A DNA stretch of 64,000 nt from Acidobacteriota bacterium (GTDB taxonomy: Bacteria; Acidobacteriota; UBA4820; DSQY01), in assembly GCA_049967655.1 (NCBI GenBank), contig JBMFSH010000007.1, positions 32,001 to 96,000 on the forward strand, in the 5' to 3' direction. Positions 51,130 to 60,425 of the stretch are shown here, in pieces (the first letter of the stretch is position 1; each line of letters begins with the position of its first letter). The position numbers were made by a program, and so were the translations under genes. The notes under the pieces were generated by a model that was not told where the DNA came from, ran no database searches, and saw only the letters and a program-made list of their open reading frames with translations.

Positions 51130-51524
51130 TCTCAAAGAGGCCTGCGGATGTGGTCCAGGTCGGTGGCATGCTGGGCGAGGGCGTTACCGTTGAAGGCGTC
51201 TTGTCCTTCACCCAGACCTTCCGGGTGGATGGGGAGTTCAAAGGGAAAATCCTTCGTTCGGACCGGCTCGTGATCGGTGAAAAGGGGAAGGTCTCCGGGG
51301 AGGTGGAGGTCAACGCGTTGGTGGTCTACGGGCGCGCGGAGGGCACCCTCCGGGTGAAGGGCGCCGTCGAGGTCCATCCGAAGGCCTGCATCGTGGGTGA
51401 TTTGGAGATGACCACGCCCGCGCTCACGGTCCTGGAGGGCGGCGTCATCGAGGGGACCTTGAAGATGGCCGGCAGGACCGAGGCCCCAGCGGCGCCCGTG
51501 AAGCAGATCAACAGCAAGGCGTGA
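51126..51524 (+). CDS. Bactofilin (polymer-forming cytoskeletal protein)
   Basis: LGEGVTVEG..FRVDGEFKG..LVIGEKGKVSGEV..GGVIEG beta-helix repeats; ATGA overlap with parB. Confidence 0.9.
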   Translation: MISKRPADVVQVGGMLGEGVTVEGVLSFTQTFRVDGEFKGKILRSDRLVIGEKGKVSGEVEVNALVVYGRAEGTLRVKGAVEVHPKACIVGDLEMTTPALTVLEGGVIEGTLKMAGRTEAPAAPVKQINSKA

Positions 51525-51581
51525 ATGGGCCGGCCAACGCGGAAGGCGACAGGAGATGGGAACCGTAGGGGGCCCCGAAAA

Positions 51582-52847
51582 ATGAGCAACCCCTTGGACC
51601 GATACGCGGAGAGGCGTAAGCGTTTCGCCGCCACCATGGCTCGGGATTCGGGGGGGCGGCCCTCCGCCGCACTCCTGCTAGCCGGGGAGGAAACCGGGCT
51701 GAAGAGGTTCGAGCCCGATCCCAACTTCTTTTACCTCACGGGCGTGGAGACATCACGGGCGGCGCTGCTCATGACCACCGGCCAGCCCAAGCCCTCCGAC
51801 ATCCTTCTGCTCCCCGCCTCCGATCCCGCCAAGGAGCGCTGGACCGGCAGGGTGCTGAGCGCAGGCGGGCTCACGTCCGCCGCACAGCCCGATCCGGAGC
51901 GGTTGGAGTCTAGCCGCCTGACCGGCCATCCCAATATTGCGGCCTACCACGAGTTGGACGAGGCCCTCTTGCGTCCCCTCAGGGATGCCGAGTTCCTCTA
52001 CCTGGACTGCCCCGAAGAGGCCCTTCAGGCCCCCCTGGGAGTGTCCCAGCTTCTGGCCCAGCGCCTGAGGAGGCACTACCCGCACCTCCAGATACGGCAC
52101 GCTGGCCGGCTGGTGGCCCAGCTTCGAAGGGTCAAGGACGATCACGAGCTGGCCCTCATGCGGCAGGCCATGGACATCACGGCGAAGGCACACGCGGCGA
52201 TCATGGGCCACCTGCGGCCGGGCCAGTTCGAGTACGAGATTCAGGCCCTGGTGGAGTACGTTTTTACCGCCTCCGGGGCCCAGTCCCCGGCGTTTCCCAG
52301 CATCATCGGGTCGGGTCCCTATTCCTGCACGCTCCACTACGAGCGCAACCGGCGCCAGATGAAGGCGGGTGACCTGGTGGTCTGCGACATCGGCTGCCGG
52401 AAGGACTACTACTGCGCCGACGTGACGAGGACCTATCCGGTTTCCGGACGGTTCACCCCCAGGCAGCGGGAGGTCTACGAGGTGGTCCTCGGGGCCCACC
52501 GGGCCGCCGTAAAGGCCGCCAAGCCAGGGGCATACGTGCGGGAAGTGCACGCGGCGGCCGTGGATCACATCACTCGCGCGGGGTACGCCCCCTACTTCTT
52601 CCATGGAACCAGCCATTATCTGGGCCTGGAGGCGCACGATCCAGGCAACTACGAGAAACCCCTTGAAGCTGGCGTGGTCATCACGATCGAACCGGGAATC
52701 TATATCGCCAGCGAGGAGTTGGGCGTAAGGATCGAGAACGATCTCCTCATCACCGAGACCGGTTCCACCATCATGAGCGACATTCCGATGGAAGTCAATG
52801 ATATTGAAGGACTTCTTCTAGCCCCAAGGCGGGACTTCCTTCTCTAG
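51582..52847 (+). CDS. pepP: Xaa-Pro aminopeptidase (M24B)
   Basis: FFYLTG, LHY, DIG..YCADVTRT.P, HGTSHYLGLEAHD, TIEPGIY, GVRIEND. Confidence 0.9.
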   Translation: MSNPLDRYAERRKRFAATMARDSGGRPSAALLLAGEETGLKRFEPDPNFFYLTGVETSRAALLMTTGQPKPSDILLLPASDPAKERWTGRVLSAGGLTSAAQPDPERLESSRLTGHPNIAAYHELDEALLRPLRDAEFLYLDCPEEALQAPLGVSQLLAQRLRRHYPHLQIRHAGRLVAQLRRVKDDHELALMRQAMDITAKAHAAIMGHLRPGQFEYEIQALVEYVFTASGAQSPAFPSIIGSGPYSCTLHYERNRRQMKAGDLVVCDIGCRKDYYCADVTRTYPVSGRFTPRQREVYEVVLGAHRAAVKAAKPGAYVREVHAAAVDHITRAGYAPYFFHGTSHYLGLEAHDPGNYEKPLEAGVVITIEPGIYIASEELGVRIENDLLITETGSTIMSDIPMEVNDIEGLLLAPRRDFLL

Positions 52848-52860
52848 CCCCATTCCCCTG

Positions 52861-54687
52861 TCACTCGACCGTCACGCTCTTCGCCAGGTTCCTGGGCTGA
52901 TCCACATCGCATCCCCTCGTGACGGCGATGTGGTAGGCCAGAAGCTGGAGAGGAACAACGGTCAGGACGGGCATTAGAAGAGCGGGCGCGGAGGGGAGCA
53001 GGAAGACCTCGTCAGCCACCTCGCGGATCTTCTGGTCCGCCTCGTTGCACAGCGCGATCACCTTGCCGTCCCTGGCCTTAACCTCTTCGAGGTTGGAAAC
53101 CAGTTTCTCGTACACCTCGTCCCGCGGCGCCACGGCCACCACCGGCAGGTTCTCGTCGATCAGCGCGATGGGGCCGTGCTTCATCTCCCCAGAGGGATAT
53201 CCCTCCGCGTGGATGTACGAGATCTCCTTGAGTTTGAGCGCCCCCTCCAGCGCGATGGGGTACTGGATCCCCCGGCCCAGGTAGAGAAAGTCCCTGAACC
53301 GGTGGTACCGGCGGGCCACCTCTTCGATTTGTGGCTCCAGCGCCAGCACCTGCTCCACGAGGCCGGAAAGGTGAGCCAGCGCCAGCAGGTGATTGGCGGA
53401 TGCCCCCTCCGGGAGAGTGCCGCGCGTCTGTCCCAGGTAGAGGGCCAAGAGGTTCAAGGCCACAAGCTGGGTGGTGAAGGCCTTCGTTGAGGCGACGCTG
53501 ATTTCCGGTCCCGCGTGGGTGTAGAGGGTGCCCTCGGCCTCACGGGTGATCATGCTGCCCACCACGTTGCAGATGGCAGCGGTGTGGGCGCCCTTGCCCC
53601 TGGCCTCCCTCAAGGCCGCCAGGGTGTCGGCCGTTTCTCCCGACTGCGAGATGAAGACGCACAGGGTGTGCTCGTCCACCATGGGATCCCGGTATCTGAA
53701 CTCGGAGCTGTAATCCACCTCCGCGTGAAGGCGGGCCAGCCGCTCGATCATGTATCGTCCGCAGAGCGAAGCGTGCCAAGAGGTCCCGCAAGCCACCACG
53801 ACCACCTGGTTCAGAGAACGAACGACCTCCGCGGGCAGGTTGAGTTCGTCAATGAACACCTGGCTTCGGTCGAGGGAGTACCGCCCCACCAGCGTGTCCT
53901 GTATGGCCCTCGGCTGCTCGAAGATCTCCTTCTGCATGAAATGCTTGAAGCCGGACTTTTCGGCCTGGATGGGATCCCACGTGATCCGGGTGGCGGCCTT
54001 GGTCTTCATCTTCCCCTGGAAGTCGCTGAACTGCACGCTGTCGCGCGAGACGACGGCGATCTCCCCGTCATCCAGAAAGATCATGTCTCGGGTGTGGTGG
54101 AGAATGGCGGGAATGTCGCTGGCGATGAAATTCTCGCCGCGTCCGAGGCCCACCACGAGAGGCGGTCCCATGCGGGCAACGACGATCCTTCCGGGATCTC
54201 GCGTGTCCAAGGCGGCCAGCGCGAAAATTCCGCTGAGCCGGCGGCAGACCGACCGCATGGCGGTTTCGAGGTCTCCCTCCTCCTCTTCCACCATATGGGC
54301 CACGATCTCCGTGTCCGTCTCTGTCCGGAATCGGTGGCCCCTCCCCTTCAGCTCCTCCTTGAGGGAGAGGTAGTTTTCGATGATGCCGTTGTGGACGACG
54401 ACGACCTGGCCGCGGCAATCGGTGTGCGGGTGAGCATTCTCCTCCGTCGGACGGCCGTGCGTGGCCCAGCGGGTGTGTCCAAGCCCGTACTCCCCGGTGA
54501 TCGGCTTCAGGCGAAGCTTCTCTTCCAGTTTGACGATCTTGCCCGCGGCGCGCTCGGTGTAGAGCACGCCGTTCTTGACCACGGCCACGCCCGCCGAATC
54601 ATATCCCCGGTATTCCAAGCGCTTAAGCCCCTCCATGAGGATGGGCACGGGATCCTTAGCCCCTATGTAACCGACGATTCCGCACAT
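52861..54687 (-). CDS. glmS: Glutamine--fructose-6-phosphate aminotransferase
   Basis: [45 protein letters not shown]. Confidence 0.99.
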   Translation of the reverse strand: MCGIVGYIGAKDPVPILMEGLKRLEYRGYDSAGVAVVKNGVLYTERAAGKIVKLEEKLRLKPITGEYGLGHTRWATHGRPTEENAHPHTDCRGQVVVVHNGIIENYLSLKEELKGRGHRFRTETDTEIVAHMVEEEEGDLETAMRSVCRRLSGIFALAALDTRDPGRIVVARMGPPLVVGLGRGENFIASDIPAILHHTRDMIFLDDGEIAVVSRDSVQFSDFQGKMKTKAATRITWDPIQAEKSGFKHFMQKEIFEQPRAIQDTLVGRYSLDRSQVFIDELNLPAEVVRSLNQVVVVACGTSWHASLCGRYMIERLARLHAEVDYSSEFRYRDPMVDEHTLCVFISQSGETADTLAALREARGKGAHTAAICNVVGSMITREAEGTLYTHAGPEISVASTKAFTTQLVALNLLALYLGQTRGTLPEGASANHLLALAHLSGLVEQVLALEPQIEEVARRYHRFRDFLYLGRGIQYPIALEGALKLKEISYIHAEGYPSGEMKHGPIALIDENLPVVAVAPRDEVYEKLVSNLEEVKARDGKVIALCNEADQKIREVADEVFLLPSAPALLMPVLTVVPLQLLAYHIAVTRGCDVDQPRNLAKSVTVE

Positions 54688-54734
54688 GCGCGCCTCCGGT
54701 GGCGATTATATACCTGGCCCATCGAAACGGGCCG

Positions 54735-56138
54735 CTACGAACGGTCGGGCTTCCGCTCTCTGGAATCCGCGCGCTTCCTATGCGCCCATCCCTCGACGAT
54801 CTTCTGGGGAGTCCTGGAAATGGCGAGGGCCGAGGCGGGCACGTCCTTGGTCACGGTAGTGCCCGCGCCGATGTAGGCGTCGTCGCCCACCTTCACCGGA
54901 GCGACCAACTGGGTGTCGCTTCCCACGAAGACCCGCTCCCCCAGGACCGTGGGATGCTTGTTCACCCCGTCGTAGTTGCAGGTGATGGTTCCCGCGCCGA
55001 TGTTGGAGCCCTCGCCCACGGTGGCATCGCCCAGGTAGCTCAGATGGTTGGCCTTCACCCGGTCCCCGAGGGAGGCCTTCTTGGTCTCGACGAAGTTCCC
55101 GAGGTGCACGCCGGCGCCTGCTACCGTACCCTCCCTCGTTCTGCAGAAGGGGCCGATGATGCATTCCGGCCCGCACCGCGTGCCCTCGAGCACGCAGTGC
55201 TCGCGCACGAGCGTCCCCTCGCCGATGTGACAGGACCGAAGCACCGAATAGGGCCTCACTTCGACGTTCCGTTCGAGGTGGGTGTGGCCACAGAGGTGAA
55301 CGCCCGAATGGAGGAGTACGCCGGGCTCGAGTTGGACCCCCGGCTCGATCCAGACGCTGGAGGGGTCTAGGATGGTGACTCCCTCGGCCATCCAGCCCCC
55401 CGTCAGCTCCCGCCGCAACCGCCCAATGGCGAGCGCAAGCTCCTCCTGCGAGTTGATTCCCCTGTAGAGGTCGGGATCGGAGGCCGCAAAGGCGGCTGCG
55501 GGCCGACCTCTACGCCCCAGCTCCGCCACCACGTCGGTCAGGTAATACTCCCCTTGGGCGTTATCGGTTCGAAGGTCGTCCAGGAGTCCCAAGAGGTCCG
55601 GGCTCCGAAAAAAATAGACGCCGGCGTTGACTTCGCGGATGGATCGCTGAGCCTGGGTCGCGTCCCTCTCCTCGACGATGCCCTCCAGCGTCCCCGCGGC
55701 GCCGCGCAGGATTCGTCCGTAGCCGGCTGGATTGGCCATCTCCAGGGTCACCAGCGCGAGGGGGCGCCCCTCGGCGGAGAAGCTGCTCCAGAAGGCGTCC
55801 AATTCAGGGACGGGCAGAAGGGGAGCGTCCCCGGGCACCAGGAGCACCTCGCAGGGGCCGATCTCTGACAGCGCCGGCCTGCACGCCATGAGGGCGTGGC
55901 CGGTTCCCCGCTGAGGCTCTTGGAGAATGGGGACGGCTTTGAAGGGGGCGAGCAGGGGGGCGACCTGGACGGCCTGGTGGCCCACGACGACCAGGAGCGG
56001 TCCGTCGTGGATCGTCCGAAGGGACCCCAGCAGATGTTCGAGAACCGTTCTCCCCATAAAGGGGTGCAAGACCTTTGCCCTGGGTGACTTCATGCGCGTG
56101 CCCTGCCCGGCGGCCAGCACGATGATGACGCGCTTCAT
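54735..56138 (-). CDS. glmU: Bifunctional UDP-GlcNAc pyrophosphorylase / GlcN-1-P acetyltransferase
   Basis: LAAGQGTRMKS, GTGHA, GYGRI, EYYLTD, HLSYLGDA, GAGTITCNYDG. Confidence 0.97.
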   Translation of the reverse strand: MKRVIIVLAAGQGTRMKSPRAKVLHPFMGRTVLEHLLGSLRTIHDGPLLVVVGHQAVQVAPLLAPFKAVPILQEPQRGTGHALMACRPALSEIGPCEVLLVPGDAPLLPVPELDAFWSSFSAEGRPLALVTLEMANPAGYGRILRGAAGTLEGIVEERDATQAQRSIREVNAGVYFFRSPDLLGLLDDLRTDNAQGEYYLTDVVAELGRRGRPAAAFAASDPDLYRGINSQEELALAIGRLRRELTGGWMAEGVTILDPSSVWIEPGVQLEPGVLLHSGVHLCGHTHLERNVEVRPYSVLRSCHIGEGTLVREHCVLEGTRCGPECIIGPFCRTREGTVAGAGVHLGNFVETKKASLGDRVKANHLSYLGDATVGEGSNIGAGTITCNYDGVNKHPTVLGERVFVGSDTQLVAPVKVGDDAYIGAGTTVTKDVPASALAISRTPQKIVEGWAHRKRADSRERKPDRS

Positions 56139-56194
56139 GACTCCTCCTTGATTCGGCGCGGCTTCAGCAGTTCATGGCGCCGTGGCCGATTCCT

Positions 56195-57469
56195 TCAAGA
56201 TCTCTCCTCCGGTCCGTGAACCGGGGAGGACGACCAGGCCACACGGCCCTGGCAGACGACCGCGCGCAGGGGCATCTCTCCGTACGGGTAGAAAAGATGA
56301 AGATAGGAGGGGACGTCCCATAGCGTCAGGTCCGCCCGCATGCCCACGGCGAGTGATCCGCACTCCTCATGAATCCGGAGCGCGTAGGCCGCATTCAACG
56401 TCAGGGCCCAAAGGGCCTCCTCCGGCATCAGCCCCATGCCGAAGACCGCGAGGGTGGCCACGTTCAGGAGATTGGTCGTGTACGAGGAGCCCGGATTGCA
56501 GTCGGTGGAGAGGGCGACGGGGCAGCCCGCCTCGACGAACTCCCTGGCCGGCGCGTACCTCTTTCGCAGGTAAAAGGAGGTCCCCGGCAGCAGCGTGGCG
56601 CACACGCCGGCCCGCGCCATGGCGGCAATGCCCTCCGCCGAGGCCGCCATCAGGTGGTCCGCACTGACCGCCCCCACCTCCGCCGCGAGCGCCGCACCGC
56701 CGGTGTCCTCGATCTCGTCGGCGTGCAGTCGTGGCAGGAGTCCGGCCGAACGCCCGGCTATGAGAATCCTGCGGCTCTGCTCCACCGTGAAGGCCCCCTT
56801 CTCGCAGAAGACGTCGCAGAATCTCGCCAGCCCGGCGGCGGCGACGGCAGGGATCATCTCCTCCACGATGAGATCCACGTAGCGGTCGGCTTCTCCCTTG
56901 AACTCGGGAGGAACGAAATGGGCCCCGAGGAAGGTGGGGACCACTCTTTGAGGGCCCCTCTGGTCGAGCCGGCGCAGGACGCGCAGCTGCTTCTCCTCGG
57001 CGCCTGGGTCCAGCCCATAGCCGCTCTTGGCTTCGAAGGTCGTCACTCCATGGCGGAGGAAGCCGCGCGCGGTAGTGCAGGCGGCGGCGAACAGGGCCTC
57101 CTCGCCCGCCTCACGCACGCTTCGCATGGTGCTGAGAATGCCCCCTCCCGCCCGTCCGATCTCCATATAGCTCTTGCCTTCCAGTCTCAATCGGAGTTCG
57201 GCCGAGCGGTCTCCCAGGAAGGGCACGTGGGTATGGGGATCGATCAGGCCCGGGAGGACCGTTCTATTGGTGGCATCCAGGCGCATGGAGGCTGGTGCGT
57301 CGGCCACCTCGGCCCAGGGACCCACGAAGGCGATGCGCCCCTCGCGCACACCCACGGCCGCCTCCGAGCGCGTGGGCAGATCCCGCAAGGCCCGGCCTAT
57401 CCTGGGGGCGGGCCCGTCACAGGGGACCAGGCAGCCTATGGGGCCCACGAGCAGGTCGAAAGAGTCCAT
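56195..57469 (-). CDS. hutI: Imidazolonepropionase
   Basis: PGLIDPHTH, GGGILST, EAKSGYGL, TFLGAH, DVFCE, HADE, TDCNPGS. Confidence 0.95.
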   Translation of the reverse strand: MDSFDLLVGPIGCLVPCDGPAPRIGRALRDLPTRSEAAVGVREGRIAFVGPWAEVADAPASMRLDATNRTVLPGLIDPHTHVPFLGDRSAELRLRLEGKSYMEIGRAGGGILSTMRSVREAGEEALFAAACTTARGFLRHGVTTFEAKSGYGLDPGAEEKQLRVLRRLDQRGPQRVVPTFLGAHFVPPEFKGEADRYVDLIVEEMIPAVAAAGLARFCDVFCEKGAFTVEQSRRILIAGRSAGLLPRLHADEIEDTGGAALAAEVGAVSADHLMAASAEGIAAMARAGVCATLLPGTSFYLRKRYAPAREFVEAGCPVALSTDCNPGSSYTTNLLNVATLAVFGMGLMPEEALWALTLNAAYALRIHEECGSLAVGMRADLTLWDVPSYLHLFYPYGEMPLRAVVCQGRVAWSSSPVHGPEERS

Positions 57470-57972
57470 CAGCCCTGATCCCGGCCGAAAGAGGCGACGT
57501 TCTCCCTGGCCTTGTTTTCCTCAATGGCCTCCAGGATCGCCTGGGTGCGGTGGAGCAGGTCGCGCAGCGCGCTCACGTGGTGTTCGCGCTCCATCTTCAG
57601 GTCCAGGATGCTGCGATCCACCTGGTGGGCCCTCAACTGTGCCTGCTGCAGGAGCGCCTCACTTCGCGCATGAGCCTCCTGCACGATGCTCTGGGCCTCG
57701 CGGGCGGCCTGGGCCTTGACCTCGTCGGCGAGTTTCTGCGCCGTGTAGAGCGCCTCGCGAAGGAGGTCCTCACGGTGCTTGAACTCGTCCAGTGCCGCCT
57801 TCAGGTGTTCAAGCTCCTGCCCCCGCTGGTGGTTCTCGAGCGTCAAGGCCTGGTACGACTCGGCCACGGTTTGAAGAAATAGGTGTACCTCCTCGGGGTC
57901 AAAGCCTCGGAGCCTTCGATGAAATTCGACCGACTGGATATCGATGGGGGAGAGTGGCTTTCGCATCGTCAT
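57469..57972 (-). CDS. divIVA: DivIVA-domain protein
   Basis: LSPIDIQSVEFHRRLRGFDPEEVHLFL followed by a long coiled coil. Confidence 0.9.
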   Translation of the reverse strand: MTMRKPLSPIDIQSVEFHRRLRGFDPEEVHLFLQTVAESYQALTLENHQRGQELEHLKAALDEFKHREDLLREALYTAQKLADEVKAQAAREAQSIVQEAHARSEALLQQAQLRAHQVDRSILDLKMEREHHVSALRDLLHRTQAILEAIEENKARENVASFGRDQG

Positions 57973-58673
57973 GGTGCCCTCCTGGGGCCGAAGAGGGCGG
58001 TGCCTATTCGAACCATCGTCGCACCTTCTTCTACGGCCACTGTAAAATCGTGACTCATCCCCATGGAGAGATGATGGAAGCCGCCCGCCTCCGGAATAGC
58101 ACGGCGCACCTCCTCGAAGAGCTCCCGTAACCGCCGGAAGAACGGCCGGCTCGCTTCCGCATTCTTACCGTAAGGTGGAACCCCCATGAGGCCGGTCAGC
58201 TTGAGGCCAGGCAAGGACTGAACCGCCCTCGCCAGAGGGAGGAGCTCTCCGGTTGCCACGCCGCCCTTCTGGGACTCCTCTCCCAAGTTCACCTCAATCA
58301 TCACGTCGCGTTCAAGGCCCTCCTCGCGGGCGATGCGGGAGAGTCGCTGGGCCAGCGAGGGGCTGTCCAGGCTGTCGATGGCCCGAAACGCCAGCAGCGC
58401 CTTGCGAGCCTTGTTGGCCTGAAGCCGTCCGATGAAATGCACCTCCAGGTCTTTTCGCACCTCCGGGGGCAGGGCCTGCAAATGGTCCACGCCCTCCTGG
58501 ACGCGATTCTCGCCGATGAGTACTACACCCTCTGAGGCAAGGGCCTGAATCTCCGAGGGAGGACGCGTCTTGACGGCGGCCATGAGACGCACCGCCCCTG
58601 CAGGTCTCCCGGTCCGTTCGGCAGCCGCCTCAATGGCAGCCCGGACAGCAGCGACACGCTCGGCGAGGTCCAA
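57969..58673 (-). CDS. yggS: PLP homeostasis protein YggS/PLPBP
   Basis: LMAAVKT, GENRVQE, HFIGRLQANK, GLM, LSMGMSHDF..AVEEGATMVRIG; probable TTG start at 58673 after GGAGGAG. Confidence 0.95.
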   Translation of the reverse strand: MDLAERVAAVRAAIEAAAERTGRPAGAVRLMAAVKTRPPSEIQALASEGVVLIGENRVQEGVDHLQALPPEVRKDLEVHFIGRLQANKARKALLAFRAIDSLDSPSLAQRLSRIAREEGLERDVMIEVNLGEESQKGGVATGELLPLARAVQSLPGLKLTGLMGVPPYGKNAEASRPFFRRLRELFEEVRRAIPEAGGFHHLSMGMSHDFTVAVEEGATMVRIGTALFGPRRAP

Positions 58674-58693
58674 CCATTCTCCTCCCTGGCTCG

Positions 58694-58723
58694 AGGGTAG
58701 GTGGTCGGCCCCCGCCAAGTCAA
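58694..58723 (-). promoter_or_regulatory. Promoter of the yggS-divIVA-hutI operon
   Basis: Minus strand TTGACT-N18-TACCCT just upstream of the RBS. Confidence 0.5.
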
Positions 58724-58918
58724 GACCGGCCATCGTCAGGCCGGCCATCGCCAGGCCTAGCTTTGCCCCCTGCGTCACCGCGCGAATCCCGGGCGCCGCT
58801 CGCCGCAGGGCCCAAACCCCTTGGCGGGTGAAGACCGACTTCCGCGGAAACCACCGTCCATCTCTCTTTCGGCGCCACCACCGCGTCCGATCCCCGAATT
58901 TTGGCCTCCCCCGAGGGT

Positions 58919-58948
58919 TTGACAGCCACCGGCGACGGTTCCCATACT
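58919..58948 (+). promoter_or_regulatory. sigma70-type promoter
   Basis: TTGACA-N18-CATACT then AAGGAG RBS. Confidence 0.6.
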
Positions 58949-58969
58949 AAGAGTCTAGGAAGGAGCTCC

Positions 58970-59773
58970 GTGCCCGTGGGAACGACGCTTCGCTACGACG
59001 AGGTTCCGCTGGAAGATTTTCTGCTCGCGTTGCGCCAACACGAACGCGACGTGCGGGTGGGCCACCTCCCCCCCCAACAGCAGCTGAAAGAGGTTTGTCT
59101 TGAGACGCGATGGACGCCGACCGGTACGACGGAGCCATCGCCGCTGACGGTCTATCTGCTTCAGGAGAGGGATGCATTGAGCGAACAGGTGGAGGTCTTT
59201 TTCCTGCTGCGCGCCCCAAGCGCGCTCGCCCCGCCCCTGCGCGATATGGCCCTCAAGTTCAGGGGCTTTCTACAGAGGAAGCGGGTCCCCTCCCTGTTCA
59301 GGATCGACCCCCGGTTTGGCTTGGTCTACGGAAGCGCCCTCGACCCTCTGGATGAGACCGTCCGCTGGGACAAGCCCTGGTCCTTCGTAACCCTCTACCT
59401 CACGGAGGATCCCTCCTCTCCCTCTCTGGCCGTGATGGACTACGTCTCACAGAACGCCAGGAAGCGCTATCAGGAGCTCTTCCTGAAGGTCAACCAGGTG
59501 GCACCCTCCTCGCCCGGCTTTTTGAAGAACGCCTGGAAACGCCTGAGGGGCAGCGGGCAGGAGGAGACCGGCGTACACCGACTGAGTTACCGCCTGGTGG
59601 CCCTGCTCTCCTCGTTCCTGCACAATGAGCCCTGCATCAATGCTACTATTTCCTTGATTTTTAAAGAGTTGCCTGGGGTGGCGGGGGGGGCTGGCCTGCT
59701 CGATCCCCGCTTCGCCACCTTTTATCCCTCCGGCCACGACCGTTTTTTCGCCTCGCTGGGGGAACTCGCCTGA
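58970..59773 (+). CDS. Hypothetical protein
   Basis: Promoter, RBS and GTG start; TGATG coupling to the next gene; no family recognised. Confidence 0.75.
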   Translation: MPVGTTLRYDEVPLEDFLLALRQHERDVRVGHLPPQQQLKEVCLETRWTPTGTTEPSPLTVYLLQERDALSEQVEVFFLLRAPSALAPPLRDMALKFRGFLQRKRVPSLFRIDPRFGLVYGSALDPLDETVRWDKPWSFVTLYLTEDPSSPSLAVMDYVSQNARKRYQELFLKVNQVAPSSPGFLKNAWKRLRGSGQEETGVHRLSYRLVALLSSFLHNEPCINATISLIFKELPGVAGGAGLLDPRFATFYPSGHDRFFASLGELA

Positions 59774-60411
59774 TGCGCGCGCTAGGGATCGGGGCCGCGG
59801 CGGCGCTCGCTCTTTTCTGCTTCTCGGCCCCGCTCAGGGCCATGGAGCTGGTAGTATTTCAATCGGACCGATCGTTGGTGGTGGAAGACTACTCTCAGGA
59901 CGGGGACGAGGTGCTGCTGACCCTGCCCGGGGGGGGGCAGCTCGGGGTTCCCCTGCGGACGGTTCGAACCCACTACCCGGGCTACGTGCCCCCCCGGGGG
60001 CTTACGGATCCGGCCAAAGAGCTGCCCAAGAATCTGCCCTACAGGGAAATCATCGGCAAGTACTGCCAGAAGTACAGCATGGACTGCAAGCTGGTGGCCG
60101 CTCTCATCAAGGTCGAGTCCAATTTCAACGCCTCGGCCGTCTCCCCCAAAGGGGCAGAGGGGCTCATGCAGCTCATGCCCGAAACCCAGCGGGAAGAGGG
60201 TGTTACCAACCCCTTCGACCCGGAGCAGAACATCCGGGCAGGGGTCCACTACCTCCGCCATCTGCTCGACGCCTTCCAGGGGGATCTCGAACTGACGCTG
60301 GCGGCTTACAACGCCGGCATCCGCCGGGTCCAGGCCGATCAGGCCGTCCCGCCCATAGCCGAAACTCAGCTGTACGTGTTGAAGATTCTGGCGCTTTACC
60401 CCACGCTCTGA
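59773..60411 (+). CDS. Lytic transglycosylase (SLT domain), exported
   Basis: Signal peptide; IKVESNFN, SPKGAEGLMQLMP, NIRAG..YL, AAYNAG, ETQLYV. Confidence 0.93.
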   Translation: MRALGIGAAAALALFCFSAPLRAMELVVFQSDRSLVVEDYSQDGDEVLLTLPGGGQLGVPLRTVRTHYPGYVPPRGLTDPAKELPKNLPYREIIGKYCQKYSMDCKLVAALIKVESNFNASAVSPKGAEGLMQLMPETQREEGVTNPFDPEQNIRAGVHYLRHLLDAFQGDLELTLAAYNAGIRRVQADQAVPPIAETQLYVLKILALYPTL

Positions 60412-60425
60412 CGCACGCCGGGAAG

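Noticed and set aside
54688..54734. glmS ribozyme
   Set aside because: The glmU-glmS gap is only 47 nt
58674..58778. 35-aa N-terminal extension of YggS in the ORF track
   Set aside because: A strong RBS and a plausible promoter lie inside the extension, favouring the TTG start at 58673
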